A stretch of 52,928 bases of DNA. Origin: Bacteroidota bacterium (GTDB taxonomy: Bacteria > Bacteroidota > Bacteroidia > Bacteroidales > M50B96). Under the pieces are notes generated by a model. The model made no database searches. It saw only the letters and a program-made list of their open reading frames with translations, and was not told the origin of the DNA. Location of the stretch: assembly GCA_024762835.1 (NCBI GenBank), contig JANTGP010000001.1:1-52928 (forward strand), written 5' to 3'. A program made the translations under genes and the position numbers. Below, one piece after another: positions 19,326-28,365 of the stretch (position 1 is the first letter of the stretch; every line of letters begins with the position of its first letter).

Positions 19326-20287
19326 TATAATTTAATATTTTTTCTTGCAATTACCTTTTTACATGCTTCAACAATATGTTGCGATTTCATATTATATTTA
19401 TTCATTAATTCATCTGCTTTCCCGGATTCGCCAAATGAATCCCTTACTCCGATATACTCAACAGGTACAGGCTTATACTGAGCTAAGACTTCGCTTACAG
19501 CACTACCCATTCCACCTGCAATTTGATGTTCTTCGGCTGTAACAATAGCTCCTGTTTCTTCAGCACATCTAATAATCATCTCCTTGTCTATTGGCTTTAT
19601 TGTGTGCATATTAACAATCACTACACTAATATTTTGCTTACTAAGTTCCGTAGCAGCTTCCATAGCTTCCCAAACCAAATGCCCGGTAGCAATAATAGTA
19701 CAATCTATTCCATGTTTAATAATCTGAGCTTTCCCAACCTTAAAGTCCAAATCTTTAGAGGTAAAATCGGGAACAGCTTCGCGTCCGTACCTAATATATA
19801 CAGGTCCATCAACTTGCTCAACAGCTGCAATAACTGCTTTTCTTGTTTGTGTAGAATCACAAGGCGAAAGAACAGTCATATTTGGCAAAGCCCTCATAAC
19901 GGCAATGTCCTCAAGAGCCTGATGAGTTGCACCATCAGGCCCAACAGAAAGACCTGCATGAGCACCTCCTATTTTTACAGGTACATTATTATAACAAACA
20001 GAAATTCTTATTTGGTCTGTTGCTCTTAAAGCCGCAAAAACTCCGTAAGTGGCTACAAAAGGAATTTTCCCTGTCAGTGCCAGTCCGCTTGCAACAGCCA
20101 TAATATTTTGTTCAGCTATTCCAAAAGAGAAAAATCTATAGGGAAATTCGTTTTTAAAATAATCCATACTAACAGAGCCGGTGATGTCAGCACCAAGAGC
20201 AACAACATTAGGATTCGAGTATCCTAAATCGCGAAGGCCCTCACCAAACCCAAATCTTGTAGGCTTATAAACAATCTTTTCCGACAT
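19325..20287 (-). CDS. Transketolase, C-terminal (pyrimidine-binding + C-terminal domain) subunit
   Basis: The track ORF starts at a TTG (20326). The ATG at 20287 gives MSEKIVYKPTRFGFGEGL.... GIAEQN motif. Its stop overlaps the purF ATG (TAATG). Confidence 0.85.
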   Translation of the reverse strand: MSEKIVYKPTRFGFGEGLRDLGYSNPNVVALGADITGSVSMDYFKNEFPYRFFSFGIAEQNIMAVASGLALTGKIPFVATYGVFAALRATDQIRISVCYNNVPVKIGGAHAGLSVGPDGATHQALEDIAVMRALPNMTVLSPCDSTQTRKAVIAAVEQVDGPVYIRYGREAVPDFTSKDLDFKVGKAQIIKHGIDCTIIATGHLVWEAMEAATELSKQNISVVIVNMHTIKPIDKEMIIRCAEETGAIVTAEEHQIAGGMGSAVSEVLAQYKPVPVEYIGVRDSFGESGKADELMNKYNMKSQHIVEACKKVIARKNIKL

Positions 20288-20342
20288 TTTAATACTGCTG
20301 TTTTTGTATTTCCGAATCTTCCCCAAAATAAAAAAATAATAC

Positions 20343-21137
20343 TTAAATTAAATTAGAAATATGAAACAATTTTGCTGAAAATAAAATTAATACAATTATT
20401 AGTATCCACCGAATAAATTTTGCACCCCAAATTACAGCATATTGAGATGCCACTATCCCACCAATTAAGTTGCCAATTGCAGCAATTAACCCCATTCCGT
20501 AATTTAGCTGTCCGCTTATGATAAATATTACTAGAACAAATGGGCTATAGAAAAAAACGATTAAAACTTTCAAAGCATTTGCTTTTACCAAATCATAACC
20601 CGAAATAAGGACAAGAGCACTTAGTAAAAATATTCCTACCCCTATGTGAATAAAACCCCCATAAATTCCGATAATAAAGAAAATCCCTGTTTCAACAATT
20701 GTTGATTTTCTATTTGTATTAGGGCTTTTACCTTTTATCCAAACTTCCGGTTTGTAAAATAGCAAAAACAACATAAGTAACATAACGAAGCCGACAATCT
20801 TCTCTAAAACCAACTCGTTTATTGAAATGGCAATTATGGCTCCCAATATTGTTCCTGCTATTGTTGAAATTGTAATAAGCCATATTCCTTTTAATGGAAG
20901 AGTATTTTGCCTTTTGAAGTTTAAAGATGCGGCAAGTGTTTGCATTATTACACCAATACGAATTGTACCATTTGCGGAACTTGCCGGCAGCCCCATTAAC
21001 ATAAACAATGAATAAGATATTGCGGTTCCGCTTCCTGCAAAGGTATTAACAACACCTACCAGAAAACCTGCAAATATCAATAATGCAATCCCTGAAAACG
21101 AATAAACATCTATCTCTGAAATAAAGCTAAGATCCAT
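20343..21137 (-). CDS. TSUP (TauE/SafE) family anion permease
   Basis: 264 aa. About 8 hydrophobic helices and internally duplicated Gly-rich helices (AGSGTAISY..., GGFIHIGVG...). Confidence 0.75.
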   Translation of the reverse strand: MDLSFISEIDVYSFSGIALLIFAGFLVGVVNTFAGSGTAISYSLFMLMGLPASSANGTIRIGVIMQTLAASLNFKRQNTLPLKGIWLITISTIAGTILGAIIAISINELVLEKIVGFVMLLMLFLLFYKPEVWIKGKSPNTNRKSTIVETGIFFIIGIYGGFIHIGVGIFLLSALVLISGYDLVKANALKVLIVFFYSPFVLVIFIISGQLNYGMGLIAAIGNLIGGIVASQYAVIWGAKFIRWILIIVLILFSAKLFHISNLI

Positions 21138-21141
21138 AAAT

Positions 21142-21453
21142 TTAATGAGATACTTTCCCTATCTTTTGTTCTATTGATTGTATCTTTCCTGCTAATCTGT
21201 TATCCTTTTTTTTCTGTATATCGAAAGTTATTGTTGAGTAAACTCTATTTGAGAAAGGTTCAAGAATATTATAAGAATTTTGAATAATCTCTAATGATTC
21301 GGCAAGAGTATCAGTCTCTACAATTGTGCCCATTGCTGTAAGCTTATAATTGAAATTATTGTCTCTAATCATTTCAATTATCTTGCTTACATATTTGCTC
21401 ACACTATCACCTTTATCTGTTGGAAACATTGCAAATTCTAAAAGTACTGACAT
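21142..21453 (-). CDS. MTH1187/YkoF-family (UPF0045) small thiamine-binding-type protein
   Basis: 103 aa. N-terminus MSVLLEFAMFPTDKGDSVSKYVSKII...MGTIVE is typical of this family. Confidence 0.55.
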   Translation of the reverse strand: MSVLLEFAMFPTDKGDSVSKYVSKIIEMIRDNNFNYKLTAMGTIVETDTLAESLEIIQNSYNILEPFSNRVYSTITFDIQKKKDNRLAGKIQSIEQKIGKVSH

Positions 21454-21463
21454 AATAGTTTAT

Positions 21464-24187
21464 TTATTTTATAATAATTAATTTATTAGTAAAGCTAAGA
21501 TTACCGGTAGTCCATTTGGCATGGTAAGTACCTTGGCTTAAAAAAGACAAATCTAATTCTAATTTGTATTCAAATTTATTTAACATGATATTATTCTCTG
21601 AAAAAACCATGTTTCCGGCATCATCATATACAACAAGCGAAAAATAATTTGAATTCAACACAGGGAAATTAATCATAAATTTTCCATTCCCCGGATTTGG
21701 GTAATAAACAGGCAAATAGAAATCTCTTCCATCTTCAATGTTATATATACTTACAGTATCGAAATATGAGTTTGTACCACAATAGTTACTTGCTTCTAGA
21801 GTAACGATATAATTGGCTCTATCACTATACTGATGTATGGGTTCAAATAAATTTGAGTAACTGTTGTCACCAAAATCCCATTTATATGTTTCTGATATAT
21901 CGGAGTTGTTTTTAAAACTAACTGTATTGAATGAGGTGGAATACTCAAATGAAACATCAGGTCTGGAAAAGAACTGAATATTAATCTCTTTTGAGGAGAT
22001 ACATGAATTTTTCGATACAGTAACGGAATAATCACCTGACTGCGAAACTGTATATGTAGGATCTGTAGAATTATCAGACCAAAGATACGAATCGGCATAG
22101 CAAGGAAATAAATCAAAACTATCACCTTCGCATAAGCGAGGGATATTACCAAAGTCAATTAGCGGTTTACTAAAAAAGGTAACTTCAAAACTATCTATTG
22201 AACTGCAATTAAATTCGTTAACAACCATCACCCAATAGTTTCCGCTAAAAAATACCGGATAACTTGGTGTGTTTATGTAACTTCCCGACCATACATAATA
22301 TGAAAATCCCGTATCAACCATAAGAGTCACCATATCCCCTTCACAGGCTGTATCTTGTCCTGTAATTTCTATTTCGGGTCTGGGATTAAATGAGACAGAA
22401 AAACTATCAGTAGCATTGCATGAGTTATAACTAACCGTACAAGAATATGTACCGCTTTCGCTAACCTGAAGAAACTGAGAATAGACAATATTTGTATCGC
22501 CCCACTGGTAGAAATCATAAGCTTCACCTGCATCTAACTCAACAGTATCACCATCGCATGCAGTAGGCGAACCATAAATTTGAAAATATGGAACTGTGTT
22601 AAACGTAATATTCACACTATCGCTTGCTGTACACAAATTAATATTTAAAACCGTAACACTATAAATGCCTGATGAAACAACTTCAACAGAACTTGTTTGC
22701 GTAGCCCCTGTTGACCATGCGTAATTAACAAAACCTGCAGGAACTTCGAGCAAAACTGTATCGCCGGAACAAGCTGTTATATCATCACCTAAGTCTATCT
22801 GTGGCGACTCAAGTACATTTACCTGCTGAGTAATTTGATTAGTACAGCCGGTAATCTGGTCGGTATAGTTATACTCAACAATTGATATTCCCAAACTAAC
22901 AGGGAAAAACTCATTTCCTATAATATTTGTACCGAAAAAATATCCATTTGCAGGACTTGCCTCCAAAATAATAGAATGGGATGTACTAAAGCATTGTATC
23001 GAATCTAGACCAGTAAAGTTTAACTGAGGTAATTGAAAAATATCTATAATTGTTGATAAAGAATCATTTTCATAATTAAAATCATTTACCAAACTTGCTA
23101 CCACTTGAAGACTATAACTGCCCGCAAGAGAAAAATCATAATAAATGAGATTTGACAGCAATAAAGAATCGCCGGGTTGGGTATTTACAGAGCTTACAGA
23201 TACTATTGTGTCCCAGCCGTTTATTGTTAACTGAACATCGAAACCGGTGATATTTTCATCTCCACTATTAATAAGCAATACATCAATTCCTTCGTTTGTA
23301 CTCAACTGCCCACATGAATTAAGTGGATTAAGTATTTCAAGTACACTAATGTCGGGACCTGTAGTTGCACTAAGCTGAGCTAATCCACTCAAACCGTTAT
23401 CTACAAAAAATGATGAATCTGGGAATGATTGAGTATTATAACTAACATCAGCAATAGATTCACTTTGGTCGTTTGCACGCCATACTTTCCATGTAAATAC
23501 TTCGCTATCGATAAAACCGTTTTGCCCTGATGAATCGCCATAAGCAATTAGAGTATCGCTTTCAGCCTGCCTTTGAATATATCCACCACAAGATAAAACT
23601 CCGGCTGAATCGAAAAATACGCCAATATAATCGCCGGTGGTAATTGTTGTATTATTAAAAGTGAGAGGTACTGAGTCGGCAATAACTATTTTATGAATAA
23701 AAGCTGACGTGGTAAAGTTCCATTGTGGATGGGGGCTAACAGGGCTAATCGCAACAAGAGAAGTTAAGCCACTCATGCCGTTTGTTGTGTAATTACCCTG
23801 ATTAGGAAACATGGTAGAATTATAGTTTGCAACTGCTTCATATTCCTGTTGATTAGCAGCAGACCATATCCTCCATTGGAATTCTTCTCCATTGGTAAAA
23901 CCGTCATTTAATCCGGGCTGGCTACCCCAGGCCGCCAGGGCAGTTGAGTTACCCTGCCAAACTATATAACCACCACATGCACTTGTCCCCAGTGAGTCAA
24001 AAAACACCCCAATATAATCACCAACAGATATTTGCACTCCGTCAATAGAAATTTCAATCGAGTTTTGAATAAGAATAGTATGATTTGTACTTGTTATGGT
24101 ATAGCTCCAATTTGGTTGCGAATATGAATATAAACTCGTTAAGAACAAGAACAGTAATAATCCGTATTTTTTCTTTTTTCTTCCCAT
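21464..24187 (-). CDS. Secreted multi-domain T9SS cargo protein (duplicated N-terminal domain, CARDB-like region, 4 Cys-repeats, PKD, T9SS C-terminal domain)
   Basis: Signal peptide MGRKKKKYGLLLFLFLTSLYSYSQ (an alternative ATG lies at 24211). PKD-like WDFGDNS. C-terminal YYPNPGNGKFMINF...LIIIK sorting domain. Confidence 0.75.
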   Translation of the reverse strand: MGRKKKKYGLLLFLFLTSLYSYSQPNWSYTITSTNHTILIQNSIEISIDGVQISVGDYIGVFFDSLGTSACGGYIVWQGNSTALAAWGSQPGLNDGFTNGEEFQWRIWSAANQQEYEAVANYNSTMFPNQGNYTTNGMSGLTSLVAISPVSPHPQWNFTTSAFIHKIVIADSVPLTFNNTTITTGDYIGVFFDSAGVLSCGGYIQRQAESDTLIAYGDSSGQNGFIDSEVFTWKVWRANDQSESIADVSYNTQSFPDSSFFVDNGLSGLAQLSATTGPDISVLEILNPLNSCGQLSTNEGIDVLLINSGDENITGFDVQLTINGWDTIVSVSSVNTQPGDSLLLSNLIYYDFSLAGSYSLQVVASLVNDFNYENDSLSTIIDIFQLPQLNFTGLDSIQCFSTSHSIILEASPANGYFFGTNIIGNEFFPVSLGISIVEYNYTDQITGCTNQITQQVNVLESPQIDLGDDITACSGDTVLLEVPAGFVNYAWSTGATQTSSVEVVSSGIYSVTVLNINLCTASDSVNITFNTVPYFQIYGSPTACDGDTVELDAGEAYDFYQWGDTNIVYSQFLQVSESGTYSCTVSYNSCNATDSFSVSFNPRPEIEITGQDTACEGDMVTLMVDTGFSYYVWSGSYINTPSYPVFFSGNYWVMVVNEFNCSSIDSFEVTFFSKPLIDFGNIPRLCEGDSFDLFPCYADSYLWSDNSTDPTYTVSQSGDYSVTVSKNSCISSKEINIQFFSRPDVSFEYSTSFNTVSFKNNSDISETYKWDFGDNSYSNLFEPIHQYSDRANYIVTLEASNYCGTNSYFDTVSIYNIEDGRDFYLPVYYPNPGNGKFMINFPVLNSNYFSLVVYDDAGNMVFSENNIMLNKFEYKLELDLSFLSQGTYHAKWTTGNLSFTNKLIIIK
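21959..22801 (-). repeat. Four tandem 71-aa (213-nt) Cys-containing modules inside the T9SS cargo gene
   Basis: Landmark Cys in ACSGD / ACDGD / ACEGD / LCEGD at residues 481, 552, 623 and 694 of the 915-aa ORF, an exact 71-aa period. Each module ends ...C..(D/K)...(V/I).F...P. Confidence 0.7.
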
Positions 24188-24266
24188 AATCACATCTACA
24201 AAAGTAGGCATTTATTAGTTTTAATTTTATAGCACATTTTTATTATTATTTAAGATGCTTGTTTCA

Positions 24267-24274
24267 TATCTTTG
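24267..24274 (+). promoter_or_regulatory. Bacteroidota -7 box TATCTTTG upstream of the FtsB-like gene
   Basis: Perfect TAnnTTTG, 16 nt before the ATG at 24291. Confidence 0.45.
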
Positions 24275-24290
24275 CACAAAATAATCCTAA

Positions 24291-24596
24291 ATGATTAAAG
24301 AGAAGTTAATAAAGATATTATCCCCAATTACAAGAAATAAGTATCTGTTTACAATTGCTTTATTTCTTATTTGGATAACTTTTCTCGATAGAGACAGCTT
24401 GATTGACCGCTATGATGGGATTAAACAACTAAACAAAATAGAACAGGAAAAGAAAAAATATCAAGAACAAATTGACAGAGACTCTGAAAACTTACAGAAA
24501 CTTCATAATCCTGAATTCCTCGAAAAATACGCTCGTGAAGAGTACCTTATGAAAAAAGATAATGAGGACCTTTACATCATATTTGATGACGACTAG
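24291..24596 (+). CDS. Septum formation initiator family protein (FtsB/DivIC-like)
   Basis: 101 aa. Single N-terminal TM helix (YLFTIALFLIWITFL) followed by a short coiled-coil (LNKIEQEKKKYQEQI). Confidence 0.55.
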   Translation: MIKEKLIKILSPITRNKYLFTIALFLIWITFLDRDSLIDRYDGIKQLNKIEQEKKKYQEQIDRDSENLQKLHNPEFLEKYAREEYLMKKDNEDLYIIFDDD

Positions 24597-24762
24597 TTGT
24601 TATTAATTTTTGGTTATTGTTGATTGAATAATAATTTTCTGGTGATAATCACAGTGTGAGTTATTAAATACAACAATATATTTTTTGACTTTAGGATTAC
24701 ATATCTGCAACATAGAATATATTTACCACATTTTATTAGAATAATAATGCAATACTGAAAAA

Positions 24763-25593
24763 CTATCCCTTTTTATTTTCTCCCCAAGGTTTTTCCGGAT
24801 TATACACAAACTTCTTACTGCTCCCCATCCCGCTAAGTTGCCATGAATGTTTCTCAACAGTTTCAAATTCAGGCTCTAGCCTTTCACCCACCGGCAAAAT
24901 TAAGTCTTTTCCTTCAGCCCTTGGGTTCTTTATGTCAGGACTAATAGGGAATGCATTCATAAGTTCAGCAGGATAAGGTTTTAACATTCGTGTTACATCG
25001 GCAAGTGGCAATTTTGGATTAAGCCATCGTCTCTCGAGTTGTGGGCTTAATATTACGGGAGATCGGGGGTGGGGTATCTTTTGCAATAGAGAATTTGCCA
25101 CAGTAGTAATAATGGCAAAAGATTGAATAGTCTCGTTATTTACCGGATTAAGCCATCCGTCCCAAATTCCCGCAAAAGCAAATGGTCGCTTTTTGTTTCT
25201 AAGATAAACAAGGTAAGGTTTAGATAATTTCTCTTTAGTTGTACCTTCGATAAATGCATCGGCAATAATAAGGCAACGCTGAGAACGTATTGCTTTACGA
25301 AAAGCCGGTTTAGTTATAATTCCTTTAGTAGCATTGTATCTAATATCATTAGTTTTGTTAAAATCCCCTTCGGCTCTTGCATTAATAAAGAGCATATTCT
25401 TTTTTGCCCAAAAAGGTGTCAAACCAAATCTAAACAACTGAACTTTATCCGGTTGATTATCTGTTATTACTAATGATTTTTTACCCGGTGAAATATTATA
25501 AGACGGATGAAATTCTTCATTAATATCAAAGCTAACATTAAATCGTTTCTCAATTACCTCTTGCTTTTGAACTAAAACATATCGTCCACACAT
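24763..25593 (-). CDS. SOS-response-associated peptidase (SRAP/YedK family, abasic-site DNA-protein crosslinking)
   Basis: The family needs Cys2 as the N-terminal nucleophile. The ATG at 25593 gives MCGRY.... The track's TTG start at 25602 would bury the Cys. Confidence 0.85.
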   Translation of the reverse strand: MCGRYVLVQKQEVIEKRFNVSFDINEEFHPSYNISPGKKSLVITDNQPDKVQLFRFGLTPFWAKKNMLFINARAEGDFNKTNDIRYNATKGIITKPAFRKAIRSQRCLIIADAFIEGTTKEKLSKPYLVYLRNKKRPFAFAGIWDGWLNPVNNETIQSFAIITTVANSLLQKIPHPRSPVILSPQLERRWLNPKLPLADVTRMLKPYPAELMNAFPISPDIKNPRAEGKDLILPVGERLEPEFETVEKHSWQLSGMGSSKKFVYNPEKPWGENKKG

Positions 25594-25625
25594 AACATAC
25601 AAATACTTAGCTTACTGATTCATCC

Positions 25626-26012
25626 TTAATCCATAAAATCATTAATCTCATCAATCATTCTCCTCTCCTTTTTGGTAGGGCGACCGCTTCCTTTATCGCG
25701 GTAGTAAAACCCTCCTCTGATATTCAGGTCTCGCTTATCTAATTCCTCTTTTGGTGTAATATCAAGAATATAATCAGTCACTAACTTAGCCGAAACTCTA
25801 TTTTTTAAAATATTTAATACTTTATATGAATATTCTATTTGATTCTTCCTAACAACAATAGTTTTGTCGGGAGTGATATGCATTGAAGCTTTAACCTGAA
25901 CACCATCAATTGTGACCTTGCCCTTTTTACATGCATCCGTGGCCTGACTGCGTGTTTTATATATTCTCACAGCCCATAAAAACTTATCAATTCTAATGTT
26001 TGACTCTGCCAT
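25626..26012 (-). CDS. S4-domain RNA-binding protein (Hsp15/HslR-like)
   Basis: 128 aa. IRIDKFLWAVRIYKTRSQATDACKKGKVTIDG is a typical S4 alpha-L motif. Confidence 0.75.
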   Translation of the reverse strand: MAESNIRIDKFLWAVRIYKTRSQATDACKKGKVTIDGVQVKASMHITPDKTIVVRKNQIEYSYKVLNILKNRVSAKLVTDYILDITPKEELDKRDLNIRGGFYYRDKGSGRPTKKERRMIDEINDFMD

Positions 26013-26030
26013 TTTATTTTTACAAAAGAA

Positions 26031-26747
26031 TTACAATTCCGAATTATCTTCGAGCTTAAAACCTCTGCCATGGATATTTACTATTTTGATATTCTCATCT
26101 CTTTTTAGATGCTTCCTGAGCTTAGTTATATACACATCCATGCTCCTACCCATAAAATAATCGTCACTACCCCATATACTTATTAAAATATCTTCGCGGC
26201 GTAATAACTTGTTTTTATTAACACAAAGTAATTTTAAAAGCTCTGCCTCTTTTCTTGTAAGCGAATGCTTCTCGCCTTCAAACTCAAGATTTTGATTTGA
26301 GTAAACAAAGGTAAACTTGCCAATCTTAAAAGTATCCTGAATTAGATTTAAATTATCCTGAAAGTTAAACCTACGTAATATTGCTTCTATTCTAAGACTT
26401 AATTCCTCAGAACTAAAAGGTTTTGTAATAAAATCATCAGCCCCTATTTTGAAGCCTTTAATTTTATCTTCTTTAAGTGTTTTGGCTGTAAGAAAAATAA
26501 TAGGGATACTGCTATGTATTTTACGAATATCTTCAGCCAGACTAAAACCATCTTTTAATGGCATCATGATATCCAAAATGCAAATATCGAAATCATCTTC
26601 TTTAAAAGCCTCTAAGCCTGCAATACCATTGCGTTGCAGATTTACAAAGTAATCTGATATCTCGAGATAGTCTTTTAATATATATCCTAAATTCTCGTCA
26701 TCTTCAACGAGCAATATCCTGGCTTTATTTTTATTTCTTTCTTTCAT
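26031..26747 (-). CDS. OmpR/PhoB-family response regulator
   Basis: 238 aa. Receiver domain (ILLVEDD, DICILDIMMP, LTAK) plus a winged-helix C-terminus (LTRKEAELLKLL...YITKLRKHL). Confidence 0.9.
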   Translation of the reverse strand: MKERNKNKARILLVEDDENLGYILKDYLEISDYFVNLQRNGIAGLEAFKEDDFDICILDIMMPLKDGFSLAEDIRKIHSSIPIIFLTAKTLKEDKIKGFKIGADDFITKPFSSEELSLRIEAILRRFNFQDNLNLIQDTFKIGKFTFVYSNQNLEFEGEKHSLTRKEAELLKLLCVNKNKLLRREDILISIWGSDDYFMGRSMDVYITKLRKHLKRDENIKIVNIHGRGFKLEDNSEL

Positions 26748-26771
26748 TTTTATTAATAGCTAAACCCTTTT

Positions 26772-26779
26772 CAAATATA
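26772..26779 (-). promoter_or_regulatory. Bacteroidota -7 box (TATATTTG on the minus strand) upstream of the response regulator
   Basis: Perfect TAnnTTTG, 24 nt upstream of the ATG at 26747. May be an internal promoter in the HK-RR string. Confidence 0.3.
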
Positions 26780-26805
26780 CCAATATTTTTTGGATTTATA
26801 TACAA

Positions 26806-28062
26806 CTAAGTCTTTGGTATATATACAAGAAACTTACTGCCTTTGTTCAATTCACTTTTAACCTTTATTTTTCCTCCATGAGCCTCTACAATATTCTTCA
26901 CATAATACAAACCAAGCCCAAATCCCTTAATGTCGTGTATATTACCTGTATGATGCCTGAAAAACTTATTAAAAATCTGCTTTAAAGTTTCAGAGCTCAT
27001 CCCAATTCCATTATCTTCAACTGTTATTAATATACCTTTTTGATGATTCTCTGTTGAAATGATAATTACTTTATTCTTAGTAGAATATTTATACGCATTT
27101 TCAATCAAATTACTTAGCAGATTCTTAAAATGCATAACATCAACCTTTAAAACAGGTGAATCATGTTTCAGATTATAACTTATTGTAGTATCCGGTTCAC
27201 AATGATTAAGACAAATTTTATCGGCAACGTCTTTAATTAAAGTATGAATATCAACCTCTTGAAGATTTAGTTTATAACCTTCTTTATCAAGAACAGAAAT
27301 ATCTAATACTCTATCAACCTGATTTCTTAACCTTTGGTTTTCTTCGTAAATAATCTCGTAATATCTTTTGTTCTTGGAATTCTCTGCTGCCGATTTTAAT
27401 AAAATTTCACTTGTAATTGAGATTGTAGCAATAGGAGTCTTAAATTCATGAGTCATGTTATTAACAAAATCATTTTTCATTTCAGAAAGTTTTTTCTGGC
27501 GAAAAATTGTAGAAACGATATACACGAAACTGAAAATAACCACAATAATAAAGATAAAGGAAACGCCTAACCAAACAGTCATATCAAGCATAACAAATTG
27601 TCGTTTCATCGGAAATGAGACCTCAAGATTATAACATTCTTTATCCCAAATACATGAGAGACAAGCCTTATGAGTTAAAGTCAGAATATTCTCGCTTTTT
27701 ATTTTTCCATTATTCTTATTTCCTGCTTGTTTCTCACACTTAGTAATCTCGTAATTAAAGACAGTATCAACAGAATTATATTCAAAGCTTGTTTTCAGCA
27801 GTGAATCAATATTCATATTGCCAATCAGCTCATAAATAGATTTCATATGTAAGCTACATGTAGTAGCTTCACAGTCTTTATCTTTGCCTAATTTTTGCTT
27901 TATCTCGCCAACAACACTTGTCAATGCAATTGTAACCCGGTGGTCAAATTGCTGCTCTGATAATTCAATAGCATTTTTAATCCAAAATAACTGTGTAAAT
28001 ATTATGCCAACTAACGAAATTGAACTTAATAATATGATTAACTTAATGGCATTCTTTTTCAT
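26806..28062 (-). CDS. Sensor histidine kinase with a Cys-rich extracytoplasmic domain
   Basis: HisKA H-box NNMTHEFKTPIA. HATPase N and G boxes (NLIENAYKY, EDNGIGM, GFGLGL). Two TM helices flank a segment of about 130 aa with 6 Cys. The track start at 28113 is a TTG, and the ATG at 28062 gives MKKNAIKLIILL.... Confidence 0.85.
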   Translation of the reverse strand: MKKNAIKLIILLSSISLVGIIFTQLFWIKNAIELSEQQFDHRVTIALTSVVGEIKQKLGKDKDCEATTCSLHMKSIYELIGNMNIDSLLKTSFEYNSVDTVFNYEITKCEKQAGNKNNGKIKSENILTLTHKACLSCIWDKECYNLEVSFPMKRQFVMLDMTVWLGVSFIFIIVVIFSFVYIVSTIFRQKKLSEMKNDFVNNMTHEFKTPIATISITSEILLKSAAENSKNKRYYEIIYEENQRLRNQVDRVLDISVLDKEGYKLNLQEVDIHTLIKDVADKICLNHCEPDTTISYNLKHDSPVLKVDVMHFKNLLSNLIENAYKYSTKNKVIIISTENHQKGILITVEDNGIGMSSETLKQIFNKFFRHHTGNIHDIKGFGLGLYYVKNIVEAHGGKIKVKSELNKGSKFLVYIPKT

Positions 28063-28076
28063 TCTATAATTTTTTC

Positions 28077-28084
28077 CAAATCTA
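28077..28084 (-). promoter_or_regulatory. Bacteroidota -7 box (TAGATTTG on the minus strand) upstream of the histidine kinase
   Basis: Perfect TAnnTTTG, 14 nt upstream of the ATG at 28062. A second match (TAACTTTG) lies at 28111-28118. Confidence 0.3.
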
Positions 28085-28344
28085 AATAGTGTCTCCTTTG
28101 AAATATTTAACAAAGTTATTGGTTGAGACTAAATAACTTGCAAAGATTAACAAATGTTTAACAATTCGTATATTACTTTAAAAACAAACTCTCTTTCATA
28201 ATTGTTTCAAAACTTTTTTTTTAAATCCTCAATTATTACTAAATTGTGACAGTTTTTCAAATAGGTAATATATTGCTATTTCTGATTTTAATATTGAAAT
28301 ACTTTTAAAGTAATACTATATAGTTAAAATAATTAATTGACAGA

Positions 28345-28352
28345 TAAATTTG
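28345..28352 (+). promoter_or_regulatory. Bacteroidota -7 box TAAATTTG upstream of the 805-aa gene
   Basis: Perfect TAnnTTTG, 13 nt before the ATG at 28366. Confidence 0.4.
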
Positions 28353-28365
28353 CAAATCATATACT

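Noticed and set aside
19523-20029. 168-aa plus-strand ORF inside the transketolase subunit gene. There are similar antisense ORFs at 428-697, 855-1058, 4239-4797, 8453-9161, 14303-15091, 18381-18689, 45033-45395, 46128-46424 and 51155-51559.
   Set aside because: Each is fully embedded in a longer opposite-strand gene that has clear family motifs. Their translations are low-complexity or hydrophobic noise without recognisable motifs.
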